Shown here piece by piece: positions 62,684-64,000 of a stretch of 64,000 bases of DNA (the first letter of the stretch is position 1; the number at the start of each line of letters is the position of its first letter). The notes beneath the pieces are model-generated. The model did no database searches. It had not been told where the DNA came from and saw only the letters and a program-made list of their open reading frames with translations. The stretch is from Nemertoderma westbladi. Its lineage: Eukaryota; Animalia; Xenacoelomorpha. A program made the position numbers and the translations under genes. The DNA lies in NCBI GenBank assembly GCA_032718475.1, contig JAUCBJ010007164.1, forward strand, positions 1 to 64,000. The letters are read 5' to 3'.

Positions 62684-64000
62684 GTAAGTGAATATCGTTG
62701 ACTTAACTGACTTTATTGTTTGATATACATTTAATGTTTGTTTCATATATATATATACGGTAGGCCTACTGGTAAGTATTTCTGTATTTCATACACTAAT
62801 GCCATTAATTTCAATTTTCCAACATTAACATTATACCTACTAATTTATCTGCGCAGGGTGATGTATTGTGTAGACAGTGACGTATTGCGCGGCTTAGTCT
62901 TAACTGCGTTTAAAAATGTCTTTGTCTCTATTTTTCGTCGCCATTTAAAAAAATTTGTTTTTATTGTCTCAGATATTTAAAATGTAGTTAAAATTTAACT
63001 TACTAGTTCTGTGTTTTAGATTTCGGCCTACGGCCTCAGTAGTTGTACAGATTTATTTGCTTCAGGTAGGGCTATTATATCCGTATTCCGTTCTCTAACA
63101 GACAATATTTAGAGTATAATGTAGTACCGGTACAATACAATATAGTATAAAATAGTGCATTAGAATTCTATCAATATACCGGTACAGGGGTTGATATACG
63201 GGGGTTATGCTGACACCTACAATACGTAACGTCCCTGCAGGTGAAATGCAAGGTATACCAGTATTGGTCTATTGTATCAAGGACTTCTAGAACATAGTAT
63301 ACATTCAGGACGCGATGCTCGCATACAGTGTTAATTTTTTTAGAGGCCGGTATTCATTATCTTAGTTTCTTAGTTTATAGATATAGTGTAGCTAAATAAA
63401 AGAAATGCAGTTGCAATACTACACTATTGGCGAAAATTATACTACAATACTATTACAAAAATTACTAATACAAAAACTAGCTATAGTAGCAAAAATTCGT
63501 TTATGGGTACACACACATACAACAATAGTATCGCCTATTACATAGTAAACAGAAACTCAGTGGAAATTTCTCGCAAATTTAACAATCAAATAGTTTAGGA
63601 CGCCTTGGTTTTAATCTTAACTTTTTATTCTAGAACTTGTTTCATCAAGTTAAAAGATCATGTACATACTAGCTACTGTTGTAGTTGGGCACTACTATGT
63701 TATGGGTACCCACTTTTTGACCATTTATTTGACAATGTTAATGGAATTATCTTGAGGTTTTTTGTCTTAGAATATTAATGTCATCTTCTGTTAGACGTTA
63801 GCTATTGTTTTTTTTATGGTAGCTAGTGATTTATTTTAGGTAGCTACTGTTTTTAAAATTACAAAACCAAATTTTTGGTACCTAATTTTTGATCAATTTT
63901 ACCATGTTATTTTATATTATCATGATGTTTTTCGTTCTAGAACATAAATTTCACCTTCTGAGAGAGGTAACCTATTATTTTTTATTAAGGTAGCTAGTGT

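Overview
AT-rich eukaryotic DNA, most likely from an invertebrate animal, dominated by nested transposable elements. Host-type genes: an intronless PhyH-family 2OG/Fe(II) dioxygenase (7557-8654), the first coding exon of a FARP/Cdep-like FERM protein (61492-62683) and a decayed ALDH3 fragment. There are two related, recently inserted BEL/Pao LTR retrotransposons. E1 (11426-29987, 18.6 kb, TSD GGTCC) carries gag-pol plus an extra ORF3 of about 1400 aa. E2 (45516-56660, TSD GCGCA) is a non-autonomous deletion derivative inserted in a Mag-clade Gypsy element (about 32741-58634); that Gypsy element also carries a 9.8-kb foldback element. Main candidate novelty: neither BEL/Pao element has a tRNA primer-binding site. 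Instead, the 11-12 nt abutting the 5' LTR are perfectly complementary to a site inside the element's own LTR, with two compensatory substitutions between E1 and E2, which is a self-priming signature otherwise known from Tf1-type Gypsy elements. The same family carries an ORF3 with a DEDDy-like 3'-5' exonuclease and zinc knuckles in the env position, behind a 1.6-kb intergenic region with covarying RNA helices. All calls were made by eye, without database searches or folding software.
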